Source: a bacterium (GTDB taxonomy: Bacteria > Sysuimicrobiota > Sysuimicrobiia > Sysuimicrobiales > Kaftiobacteriaceae). Taken from it: DNA of 21,448 bases. The DNA lies in the NCBI GenBank assembly GCA_044868695.1, contig JBIOWP010000113.1, positions 1-21,448 of the forward strand, written 5' to 3'. The notes beneath the pieces were generated by a model, which was not told the origin of the DNA, did no database searches, and was given only the letters and a program-made list of their open reading frames with translations. A program made the translations under genes and the position numbers. How positions within the stretch are numbered: position 1 is the stretch's first letter; each line of letters starts with the position of its first letter. Positions 8,444 through 16,885 of the stretch are shown piece after piece.

Positions 8444-9388
8444 ATGCGCTACGTCGCCCGGCGCCTGCTGGTCACGCTGCCCACACTGCTGGGCGCGGTG
8501 ACCCTCGCGTTTTTGCTGATCCACATCGCCCCGGGCGACCCGGCGGAGCTGCTGCTGGGCGATTACACCGGCGTCTCCCCCCAGGTCCTCCAGGATCTGC
8601 GGGACCGGTTGGGACTCGACCGCCCGCTCGCGGTGCAGTATGTCCGGTACGTCGGGCAGGTGGTGACGGGGGACTTGGGACGCTCCTTTCGCACCAATCA
8701 GCCGGTGCTGACCGAGATCCTGACCCAGCTGCCGTACACTCTGATCCTCGCCGCCGCCGGCATCCTCGTGGCGGTCCTGATCGGCGTGCCCGCGGGGAGC
8801 CTCAGCGGTCTGCGCCGCAACAGTGCGGTGGACTACCTCACGACGACGGTATCGATGATCTGGCTGAGCAGCCCCAGTTTCTGGTTCGCCATCCTGCTGA
8901 TCTATGCGCTGGCGTTCCGGCTGGGCTGGTTCCCCGTCTTCGGAGCCGGTGTCTGGGGGGACTGGCTGAGCCTGGCGATCCACCTGGTCCTCCCGGCGGC
9001 GGCGATCGGCATGCGCTCGGCGGCCCTGATAAGCCGGATGACGCGCTCCTCCTTGTTAGAGGTGCTGGGCCAGGACTTCATCCGGACGGCCCGCGCCAAG
9101 GGTCTGACCCGCGTCAATGTGGCGCTGCGCCACGCCCTTCGCAACGCGGCCATCCCTATCGTGACGATCGTCGGGCTGGACGTCGCGTACTTACTCGGCG
9201 GTGCGGTGGTCATTGAGACCGTCTTCGCCCGTCCCGGTATCGGCAAACTGGTGGTGGACGCCATCCATGCTCGCGACTATCCGATGGTGCAGGGCGCGCT
9301 GATGGTCTTTGCCCTGGGCACGGTGCTGGTGAATCTCCTCGTGGACCTCAGCTATGCGATCATCGACCCTCGCATCCGGTATTCGTAG
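8444..9388 (+). CDS. ABC transporter permease (DppB/OppB-like)
   Basis: MRYVARRLL, PGDP, LGLDRPL.VQY, GDLGRS, EAA loop TRSSLLEVLGQDFIRTARAKGL, HALRNA, IETVFA.PGIG, RDYP, DPRI. Alternative TTG start at 8432 overlaps the SBP stop. Confidence 0.95.
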   Translation: MRYVARRLLVTLPTLLGAVTLAFLLIHIAPGDPAELLLGDYTGVSPQVLQDLRDRLGLDRPLAVQYVRYVGQVVTGDLGRSFRTNQPVLTEILTQLPYTLILAAAGILVAVLIGVPAGSLSGLRRNSAVDYLTTTVSMIWLSSPSFWFAILLIYALAFRLGWFPVFGAGVWGDWLSLAIHLVLPAAAIGMRSAALISRMTRSSLLEVLGQDFIRTARAKGLTRVNVALRHALRNAAIPIVTIVGLDVAYLLGGAVVIETVFARPGIGKLVVDAIHARDYPMVQGALMVFALGTVLVNLLVDLSYAIIDPRIRYS

Positions 9389-9398
9389 GCGCCCCAGC

Positions 9399-10304
9399 AT
9401 GGCGGTCGCTGCCCCGGTCCTGCCGGAGCGGTGGCGCCGGCCGGTGCGGACGCTGTGGGCCCGCCGCAGCGCCGGGGCCGGGCTGCTCCTCGTCGTACTG
9501 GCCGTGACGGCGGCCCTGCTGGCGCCCTGGCTCGCCCCCCACGATCCGCTCCAGCAGCGATTGCTGGAACGGCTGCAGGCGCCGCGCACCCCGGACCACC
9601 TGCTCGGGACCGACAACTTCGGGCGGGACCTGCTCTCCCGGGTGATTTTTGGGTCGCGCATCTCCATCCTGGTGGGATTTGTGGCCGTCGCGATCGCCGC
9701 GTCGATCGGGACACTGATCGGGCTGCTCGGCGGCTACTTTGGCCGCGGTCTCGACATGGCGCTGATGCGGTGTGTTGACGTGCTGATGGCGTTTCCTCTC
9801 ATCCTCCTGGCGATCGCCATCGTGGCGGTGCTGGGCGGCGGGCTGTTCAACCTGATGCTGGCGGTCGGCATCTCCAGCATCCCGCCATTCGCCCGCCTGA
9901 TGCGCGGCGAAGTGCTCTCACACCGGGGGCGCGAGTATGTGGAGGCGGCGCGGGCACTGGGGGCGGGCCACGCGCGCATCATGGGGCGCCACATCCTGCC
10001 CAACACCGTCGCCCCCCTGGTCGTGCTCACGACCCTGCGCGTCTCGACGGTGATCCTCACCGAGGCCACGCTGAGCTTCCTCGGACTGGGAGTGGCGCCG
10101 CCGACGCCGACCTGGGGCAACATGGTCGCGGAAGGCACCAAGTTTCTGCAGACGGCGCCCTGGATCTCGATCATCCCGGGAACAGCCATCATGCTGACCG
10201 TGCTGGGCTTCAACCTCTTCGGGGACGGACTGCGGGACGCGCTCGACCCGCGCCTGAAGGGAGAGAACGTCACCGGGCGAGTGCACCCCACCCGAACCGC
10301 GTAA
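9399..10304 (+). CDS. ABC transporter permease (DppC/OppC-like)
   Basis: Start re-placed at ATG 9399, 301 aa. APHDP, HLLGTDNFGRD, EYVEAARALGA, RHILPN, EATLSFLGLG, WG.M, FNLFGDGLRDALDPR. Confidence 0.95.
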   Translation: MAVAAPVLPERWRRPVRTLWARRSAGAGLLLVVLAVTAALLAPWLAPHDPLQQRLLERLQAPRTPDHLLGTDNFGRDLLSRVIFGSRISILVGFVAVAIAASIGTLIGLLGGYFGRGLDMALMRCVDVLMAFPLILLAIAIVAVLGGGLFNLMLAVGISSIPPFARLMRGEVLSHRGREYVEAARALGAGHARIMGRHILPNTVAPLVVLTTLRVSTVILTEATLSFLGLGVAPPTPTWGNMVAEGTKFLQTAPWISIIPGTAIMLTVLGFNLFGDGLRDALDPRLKGENVTGRVHPTRTA

Positions 10305-10335
10305 ACGGCGGCGGGATCATGAGGAGGAGAGGGCG

Positions 10336-11526
10336 TTGGCCAAACGAGTCGTAGCGTTCAAGCCGTTCGTCACAGAAGACATGAAGGAGGCGGCGTGCCG
10401 GGTCATCGAGTCGGGCCACTACATTCGCACGACTCCGGATGAGGAGTCGGAGGGCCTGGCCTTCGAGCGGGAGTTCAGCCGTTTCCTCGCCGGACCGGAG
10501 GGCCGCCGCCCCGCTGTTGCAAATCTGGCGAACGGAACCGCCGCGATGCACCTGGCGTGGGTCGCTTACGGCATTGGCCCCGGGGACGAAGTCATCATTC
10601 CTGCCAACACCTTCAGCAGCGTCGCGCACGCCGTGTCCCTCGTCGGCGCCACCCCCATCCCGGTGGACGTCGAAGAGGACACCTATAACATGAACGCCGA
10701 TGCCGCGGCGGCCGCGATCACGCCGCGGACCCGCGCGATCATGCCGGTGCATACCGCGGGGCATCCCGCGGACATGGACCGGATCCTGCCCCTCGCGCGC
10801 AAACATGACCTGCTCGTAGTCGAGGACGCCTGCCAGGCAATCGGCGCTCGGCACAACGGCCGCACCGTCGGCCTGCTCGGGGCGATGGGCTGCTACAGCT
10901 TCGTGCAGAACAAGGCGATGACGTGCGCCGGCGAGGGCGGCGCGGTCGGCTCCTTTGACGAGGCGCGCGTGCGCCGCGTCTTCAACCTGGCCAACCACGC
11001 CCGCGGCGAGCGCTTCCACAAGGGCAACACCTCGGGCCGCCCGTACCAGACGGTCGTCCACGACGGCATCGGATTCAACTACCGGCAGTCGGAGGTCCTG
11101 TCCGCCATCGCCCGCGAGCAGCTCCGCCTGCTGCCCGAGTGGGTGCAGAAGCGGAAGCGGTGGGCCGCCCTCTATCGCAAGAGCCTCGCCCAGGCCCAGC
11201 TCCCCGTCGAGCTCCCCGCCGAGCGTCCCTACGCCGACCACTCGTACGTGCGTTTCGAGATCAGGGCGCCGCAACGCGACGCCCTGCGTGCCCACCTGCG
11301 TGAACAGGGGGTCAAGACCGAAATCCATTACCCCACCCCGCTCCATCTGGATGATCCCTACCGGGAGCAGCTGGGACTTGGGGCCGGGAGCCGGCCGGTC
11401 GCGGAACACCTGGCGCAGGTGTCCCTCGCCCTCCCGATCTACCCGCAGATGACCGAGGACGACGTCGCCTACGTCGTTGATCAGATGCAGGCCTTCTACC
11501 GCCAGGCCACACGGGTCACCGCCTAA
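10336..11526 (+). CDS. DegT/DnrJ/EryC1/StrS-family PLP aminotransferase
   Basis: 396 aa. TTG start with strong AGGAGG RBS. NGTAAMHLA, GPGDEVI.P..TF, ITPRTRAIMPVH, VEDACQAIG, SFVQNK (PLP Lys) ..GEGG, GFNYR, HYP.PLH, LPIYP. Confidence 0.93.
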   Translation: MAKRVVAFKPFVTEDMKEAACRVIESGHYIRTTPDEESEGLAFEREFSRFLAGPEGRRPAVANLANGTAAMHLAWVAYGIGPGDEVIIPANTFSSVAHAVSLVGATPIPVDVEEDTYNMNADAAAAAITPRTRAIMPVHTAGHPADMDRILPLARKHDLLVVEDACQAIGARHNGRTVGLLGAMGCYSFVQNKAMTCAGEGGAVGSFDEARVRRVFNLANHARGERFHKGNTSGRPYQTVVHDGIGFNYRQSEVLSAIAREQLRLLPEWVQKRKRWAALYRKSLAQAQLPVELPAERPYADHSYVRFEIRAPQRDALRAHLREQGVKTEIHYPTPLHLDDPYREQLGLGAGSRPVAEHLAQVSLALPIYPQMTEDDVAYVVDQMQAFYRQATRVTA

Positions 11527-11529
11527 GAC

Positions 11530-12534
11530 ATGGCGAGGTCTCCGGGCGCCATCCTCGTCACCGGCGGAGCGGGAGTGGTCGGTTCCTACGTCGTGCGCGA
11601 ACTGGCCGCGCGAGGCGAGCATCCCGTCGTCCTCGACGTCGCCTCGACCGCGCGGCTGGCCGAGGAGCTGGGGAACCGCATCGACGTCATCACCGCCGAC
11701 ATTACCGACCAGGCCGCTCTCCTCGATCTCTGCCGCCGGTACGAGATCGGCGTGATCCTCCACCTGGGCGGGCTCACCGGCGCCGCCCCCGACGATGACC
11801 CGATGCTCGCCTTCCGGGTGAACATGCAGGGGACGATGCATGTGCTGGAAGCCGCGCGGGTCACGGGGGTGCGGCGGGTGGTCATGGCCAGCACCCGGAC
11901 CGTCTACCCGGACTTCGACGGGACGCCGTACGGCCACCCCACCTACCGTCCGGTGCCCGAGGAGCACTGGCTGAACCCGGTCCGCCCCTACGAAATCTGG
12001 AAGCACGCCGCCGAGCGGATCGGGGAGTTCTACCGCCGCAAGTTTGGCCTGGAATTCACCGCCTTCCGCTTCGCCATCTACTATGCGGCGGAACGCACGT
12101 TCAACCCCGGCGGACGGGCGATGGGATTGTTGCACGGGATGATCGGCAATGCCGCCGCCGGACTCCCCACGCGCATCGCGGCTGGAGGAGACCGGACCAT
12201 GGACTGCGTGTATGTCCGGGACCTGGGACGGGCCTTCGCGCTGGCCGCGCGGTCGCCGGCGCTGGCCCACACCACGTACAACATCGGCTCAGGACGGCCG
12301 GTAACACCGCGCGATGTCGCCGAAGCGGTGCGCCGCGCTGTCCCCGGAGCCGTCATCGACGTGGGGGCAGGGATCGACTTCGCGCCCGGGCACTACTGCG
12401 TGCTCGACATCAGCCGCGCCGGAGCCGACTTCGGGTACGCACCGCAATGGTCGCTGGAGGCCGGCGTCGCGGACTGCGTGGCCCGCGTGCACGAGCTCCG
12501 GGGCGAGCAGCCACGCGCGGGACGCGTGACCTGA
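11530..12534 (+). CDS. NAD-dependent epimerase/dehydratase (extended SDR), copy 1
   Basis: 334 aa. ILVTGGAGVVG, acidic residue after beta2 (VVLD), VN..GT..VLEAA, MAST, YEIWK (YxxxK), YNIGSG. Confidence 0.9.
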   Translation: MARSPGAILVTGGAGVVGSYVVRELAARGEHPVVLDVASTARLAEELGNRIDVITADITDQAALLDLCRRYEIGVILHLGGLTGAAPDDDPMLAFRVNMQGTMHVLEAARVTGVRRVVMASTRTVYPDFDGTPYGHPTYRPVPEEHWLNPVRPYEIWKHAAERIGEFYRRKFGLEFTAFRFAIYYAAERTFNPGGRAMGLLHGMIGNAAAGLPTRIAAGGDRTMDCVYVRDLGRAFALAARSPALAHTTYNIGSGRPVTPRDVAEAVRRAVPGAVIDVGAGIDFAPGHYCVLDISRAGADFGYAPQWSLEAGVADCVARVHELRGEQPRAGRVT

Positions 12535-13499
12535 TGGAAAATCCTGTGCTGGTCACGGGCGCCGGTGGGGTGGTTGGGAGCCACGTCGTTCGCCAGCTCG
12601 TGGCGGCGGGGATCGGAGTCGTGGCTGCCGACATGCTTCCCGGTCCCGGGCCGCTGCTTGACCGGTTGGATGTCCCGTACGAGCGCGTCGACGTCCGCGA
12701 TCCCCTGCGGCTGGTCGAGGTCATCCGCTCCACCCGCGTCACACGGATCATTCACCTGGCCGCGGTTGTCGGCGAGTGGTACAACCGCCACCCAATGGAA
12801 AATCACGAGACGAACGTCGGCGGCATGCTCAATGTGCTGGAGGCTTCACGCCTCTGCGGGGTCGAACGCGTAGTCTTCGCCTCCACCTGGTCCTTCTACG
12901 ATGTCCGGGGCACGGCACACGGCCACCCCGAGTACGTCCCGGTGCCCGAGACCATGCCGCCGTCACCCGAGCGACCGTATGAAATCGCCAAGTACGCGTG
13001 CGAGCGGTACGCCGCCTGGTTTCGGACCATGTACGGGCTCGAGTCCGCGGCGATGCGATTCGGCAATTACTACGCCGCGGAGCGCATCTACCACGGGAAT
13101 ACGCGAAGCGCCGGGCCGCTGATGGACCTCGTCACAGCAGCCGCCGGCCGCCATCCCATCCACCTGGAGCGGGGCGCCGACCAAGGGTTTGACGCGGTCT
13201 CCGTCAAGGACTGCGCGGCCGGCTGCGTCGCCGCGGTGCGCGCCGAACAGACCCCATCGGCCGTGTACAATATTGGGACCGGCGCCGTCTCGACCTTAGC
13301 CCAGGCAGCGGCGATCCTGCGGGAGGCGGAGCCCGCGGCCGACCTCACCGTCGGACCCGGGCTGTTGGACGCCAAGCACTACTGCGCGCTCGACATCACG
13401 CGCGCCAGGACGGAGTTGGGGTATGCGCCCCGGTTCAGCTTCCGGGATGGCCTCGTCGAGTGCATGCACGAATTGCGCGAGGAGCTCGAGCGCCGATGA
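12534..13499 (+). CDS. NAD-dependent epimerase/dehydratase (extended SDR), copy 2
   Basis: Start re-placed at ATG 12534 (TGATG overlap), 321 aa. VLVTGAGGVVG, IIHLAA, TNVGGMLNVLEA, FAST, YEIAK, YNIGTG. Confidence 0.9.
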   Translation: MENPVLVTGAGGVVGSHVVRQLVAAGIGVVAADMLPGPGPLLDRLDVPYERVDVRDPLRLVEVIRSTRVTRIIHLAAVVGEWYNRHPMENHETNVGGMLNVLEASRLCGVERVVFASTWSFYDVRGTAHGHPEYVPVPETMPPSPERPYEIAKYACERYAAWFRTMYGLESAAMRFGNYYAAERIYHGNTRSAGPLMDLVTAAAGRHPIHLERGADQGFDAVSVKDCAAGCVAAVRAEQTPSAVYNIGTGAVSTLAQAAAILREAEPAADLTVGPGLLDAKHYCALDITRARTELGYAPRFSFRDGLVECMHELREELERR

Positions 13500-14800
13500 C
13501 GCGTCCCAAAGCAGGCAAGACGACCCCGCCCGCGACGGCCGGCGCAGCGCGCCAGGAGCGACTTCGAGCGGCCGCGGACTCCACGTGGCTCTCGGACCAC
13601 GCCCGGCGGGCGCTACTCCTTGACTACGAAGAGGAGGGCCTGCAGAGCCCGGTCCTCGAGGCGCACCGCCACAGCGACCTCGCCCATGACCTCGCCGATG
13701 TGGTCAACCTGTCCGCCGGCGGGCAGATTGCCCGCCAGGCCCCGCCGTTCGTCGTCGACGCGGTACGCCGGGCCGTGGACACCGGACACTTCCCCTATCC
13801 GGGCGTGCGCGGGGATGAGGATCTGCGCAGGGCGCTGGCGGAGAAATTGCGGCGGGACAATGGCATCGAGGCAGATCCGGAGAGCGAACTCCTCCCCACC
13901 GCCGGCGCGCAGATGGCCATCGACGGAGCCATGCGTATTCTGGTGAATCCGGGCGACGACGTCCTGCTGATCGATCCTGAATACGCCTCGCTCGAGCCGG
14001 TGGTACGCGCATATGGGGGACGCGTCATCCCGGTCCCGCTGAACGACACTCCAAGGGGGTGGGTCTTCGACCCCGATGACCTGCGGCGCCGCATCACACC
14101 CCGGACGCGCCTCTTCTGTTTCTCCAACGGCAACAACCCCACGGGCTACCTCTATACCCGGGAGGACCTGGAGGCCATCGCCGCGGTGGCCGGCGAGCAC
14201 GACCTGTTCGTGTTCTCCGATGAGGAGTACGAGAAGGTCGTCTTCGACGGGCGGCGGCACCAGAGCATCGCCGCCCTTCCGGGCATGGCCGGGCGCACCG
14301 TCACCGCATTCTCCTTTTCCAAAGCGTACTCGCTCTCGGGCCTGCGCATCGGCTACATGACCGGCCCCGCCGCGTTCATGGATCACATGGCGAATGTCAT
14401 CCGGTTCACCGCGCAGGCGGTCGGCTCGCTGGGACAGGCCGCAGCCCTGGCGGTCCTGCGGGGCCCCTCGGAGCCCTGGCTGCGCGAGGCGGTGGCGGAG
14501 CTGCAGAGCGATCGGGACTTCGCCCTCGCGCGCCTCCGCGCCATGCCCGGGATACGCGTGCACTCCCCCGCGGGCTGTTACTTCCTCTTCGCCCGCGTGG
14601 ACGCCGGCGGCCGGCCCGCGTGGGAACTGGCCGAGTACCTCTTGCGGGAAGCGCATATCACCGTCGTGAGCGGCCACCGCTTCGGCCGCGCCGGACGCGA
14701 CTACCTCCGGATCAGCGGCTGCGTCGGCCGGGCGCGGCTGGCCGAGGGGTTGCAACGCATGGCGGAGGCGCTTGCGCGGCTCAAGCATGTCTCCCCCTGA
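13496..14800 (+). CDS. Class I/II PLP-dependent aminotransferase
   Basis: Start re-placed at ATG 13496 (ATGA overlap), 434 aa. TAGAQMA, NPGDDVL..DPEY, NNPTG, SDEEYE, SFSKAYSLSGLRIG (PLP Lys), YLRIS. Confidence 0.92.
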   Translation: MTRPKAGKTTPPATAGAARQERLRAAADSTWLSDHARRALLLDYEEEGLQSPVLEAHRHSDLAHDLADVVNLSAGGQIARQAPPFVVDAVRRAVDTGHFPYPGVRGDEDLRRALAEKLRRDNGIEADPESELLPTAGAQMAIDGAMRILVNPGDDVLLIDPEYASLEPVVRAYGGRVIPVPLNDTPRGWVFDPDDLRRRITPRTRLFCFSNGNNPTGYLYTREDLEAIAAVAGEHDLFVFSDEEYEKVVFDGRRHQSIAALPGMAGRTVTAFSFSKAYSLSGLRIGYMTGPAAFMDHMANVIRFTAQAVGSLGQAAALAVLRGPSEPWLREAVAELQSDRDFALARLRAMPGIRVHSPAGCYFLFARVDAGGRPAWELAEYLLREAHITVVSGHRFGRAGRDYLRISGCVGRARLAEGLQRMAEALARLKHVSP

Positions 14801-15521
14801 GCGCGTGCTGGTGGTGAGTGCCCACGCGGCGGACTTCTGCATCCGCGCGGGAGGGACGCTCGCACACTACACGGCGCAGGGAACGCCCGTCCGCGTCCTC
14901 GTGATGAGCAACGGCGCGCGTGGGGAGTCCAACGAGATGTGGACCGCGCGAAGCGGCAAGACGACAGAGGAGGAAGTCGGCGCCGTCCGGCGGGCCGAGG
15001 CCGAGCGGGCCGCGGAGGTGCTGGGCGTCGGAATCACCTTCTTCGGATATCCCGATCAGCCGCTGACCTACGACCGCGACCGTTTGATGACGCTGGTGCG
15101 GGAAATCCGGACCTTCCGGCCGCATGTCATCCTTACCCACCCGACGTCGGAGCCCTACAACCCCGACCATGCGGCCACCGCCGGGGCGACCCTGGAGGCC
15201 GCCTACTACGCCGGCCTTGCCGGCGTGGAACCCGACCTGCCGGTGACGACGCCCACGCAGATCCTCATGTTCGAGCCGACGCAACCACTGGCTGAGGCGA
15301 CGGGGTTTGTGCCGGATACGTTCATCGACATCACCGACGTGATGGAACAGAAGCTGCGCGCCGTCGCCGCGTTTGCGGTGCAGCCGTACCACGTGGACCG
15401 CTACCGCACGCGGGGCGCAGCCCGCGCGGCCCAGGCCGCCTACCTCAGCGGCAACCCCGCCATCAAGTTCGCCGAGGCCTACCAGCGCCACACGCCCTGG
15501 GTGGGCCGGGTCTTTCCATAA
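14787..15521 (+). CDS. PIG-L/LmbE-family Zn protein, GalB (4-oxalomesaconate hydratase)-like subgroup
   Basis: Start at ATG 14787, 244 aa. LVVSAHAADF..RAGG, G.RGES..W, RR.EA..AAE.LG, PYN.DH, FEP.QP, PDTFIDIT, AE. These match the GalB-type pattern (HxAD rather than HPDD) as recalled. Confidence 0.85.
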   Translation: MSPPERVLVVSAHAADFCIRAGGTLAHYTAQGTPVRVLVMSNGARGESNEMWTARSGKTTEEEVGAVRRAEAERAAEVLGVGITFFGYPDQPLTYDRDRLMTLVREIRTFRPHVILTHPTSEPYNPDHAATAGATLEAAYYAGLAGVEPDLPVTTPTQILMFEPTQPLAEATGFVPDTFIDITDVMEQKLRAVAAFAVQPYHVDRYRTRGAARAAQAAYLSGNPAIKFAEAYQRHTPWVGRVFP

Positions 15522-15526
15522 CACTG

Positions 15527-16723
15527 ATGACCCTCGGCGGCCGGTTCATCCCCGATCACGTCCGGGACCTCCTCGACCGGGAGGCCGCCGATGCGCAGCG
15601 CAACCGGCTCCGATCGCTGGCAGCCGGCAGGAACGACATCATCGGCCTCAACTCCGGCGACCCCGACCTCACGGCTCCTCCCGTGGTCGTCGAGGCGGCG
15701 GTGGACGCCCTGCGCGCCGGGAAGACCCACTATGTCTTCGACGGCCTGCCTGAGCTGCGGGAAGCCCTCGCGCGCAAGCTGGCTGAGGAAAACGGCGTCA
15801 GTGCGGAACCCCAGCAGATCCTCGTGACCAACGGCAGCGCCGAGGCGGCATCGACCGTGTTCCAGACGCTGCTGGAACCGGGCGACGAAGTGCTGACGAC
15901 CGACCCGTACTATACGGGGCACGTGGGCGCGATCACGGCCGCGCGCGGCGTACCCGTCCTGGTCCCCACCGGCGGCGGCACGCTCTGGGAGCCCGACCCC
16001 GACGACGTTGAGCGCCGCGTGACACCCCGGACGAAGGCGTTCATCTTTGCCAACCCGGGGAACCCGTCCGGCGCGGTGTACCGGCGGGAGACGCTGGAGG
16101 CGTTACTGGACATCGCCCACAGGCGCAATCTTCTGATGGTGCCCGACGAACTTTTCGAGCGGTACGTCTATGACGGCCGCCGGCACGTCAGCATGGGCGC
16201 GCTGCCCGGCGCCGCAGACCGTGTCATCACCATCAACGGCTTCTCAAAGTCCTACTGCATGACGGGGTGGCGTCTTGGATGGCTCGCGGGGCCCGCATGG
16301 CTCACGCCGGCGCTGACGCGCATCCGGTATGCCCTGTCCATGTGCGCGCCGACACCTAACCAGTGGGGCGCCGTGGCGGCGCTCTCCCCGGACGCGCGAC
16401 CTTACTACGAGGCGGCCTACCGCACCTACGGAGAGCGGCGGGAGTTCTTTTTCGGCGCGTTTACGCAGATGGGGTTGCCGCAGCGGCCGGCGCCGGGCGC
16501 CTTCGTGGGGATGATCGATATCCGCGCGACTGGGCGCACCGCCTTCGAGGTCTCAGAGACGATTCTTCGCGACGCGGCGGTCGCCATCTGGCCCGCGACT
16601 GTCTTCGGCGCCCACGGCGAGGGATGGCTGCGCGTGGGGCTCATCCAGCCGATCGACCGGCTGCGGGAGGTCGTCCGCCGGGTCGGACCGGTGCTGGAGC
16701 GGCTGGTGCGGCGTGACCGGTAG
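15527..16723 (+). CDS. Class I/II PLP-dependent aminotransferase
   Basis: 398 aa. L.SGDPD, GKTHY, GLPELREALA.KL, VTNGSAEA, EPGDEVL..DPYY, NPGNPSG, DELFE, NGFSKSYCMTGWRLG, WLRVG. Confidence 0.93.
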   Translation: MTLGGRFIPDHVRDLLDREAADAQRNRLRSLAAGRNDIIGLNSGDPDLTAPPVVVEAAVDALRAGKTHYVFDGLPELREALARKLAEENGVSAEPQQILVTNGSAEAASTVFQTLLEPGDEVLTTDPYYTGHVGAITAARGVPVLVPTGGGTLWEPDPDDVERRVTPRTKAFIFANPGNPSGAVYRRETLEALLDIAHRRNLLMVPDELFERYVYDGRRHVSMGALPGAADRVITINGFSKSYCMTGWRLGWLAGPAWLTPALTRIRYALSMCAPTPNQWGAVAALSPDARPYYEAAYRTYGERREFFFGAFTQMGLPQRPAPGAFVGMIDIRATGRTAFEVSETILRDAAVAIWPATVFGAHGEGWLRVGLIQPIDRLREVVRRVGPVLERLVRRDR

Positions 16724-16885
16724 CCGCCCGCGGCTGCGCTAGCGGGTCTGCGCTAGTGCACCGCATGTGAGATCCGATCAAGCATTCGCTTCCGCGAGCG
16801 GATGGTCGAAGCGGCGCCGGTTCGCAGCATGCGCAGTTCGACCCGAGCGCGCACGCAATAGGCTCGGCCGTGACAAACCCGATGG

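Noticed and set aside
10270..12270. 666-aa minus-strand ORF, and similar long antisense ORFs (13613-14842, 17551-18732, 2655-3683, 4762-5793, 19664-20596)
   Set aside because: They lie opposite well-supported genes, are R/G/A/P/H-rich with no motifs, and are expected from stop-codon scarcity in high-GC DNA.
10336..13499. O-antigen/capsule or antibiotic biosynthesis cluster
   Set aside because: No glycosyltransferase, nucleotidyltransferase, flippase, exporter, NRPS/PKS or resistance gene is in the window, and the context is an importer plus hydrolases. Not fully excluded beyond the window edges.
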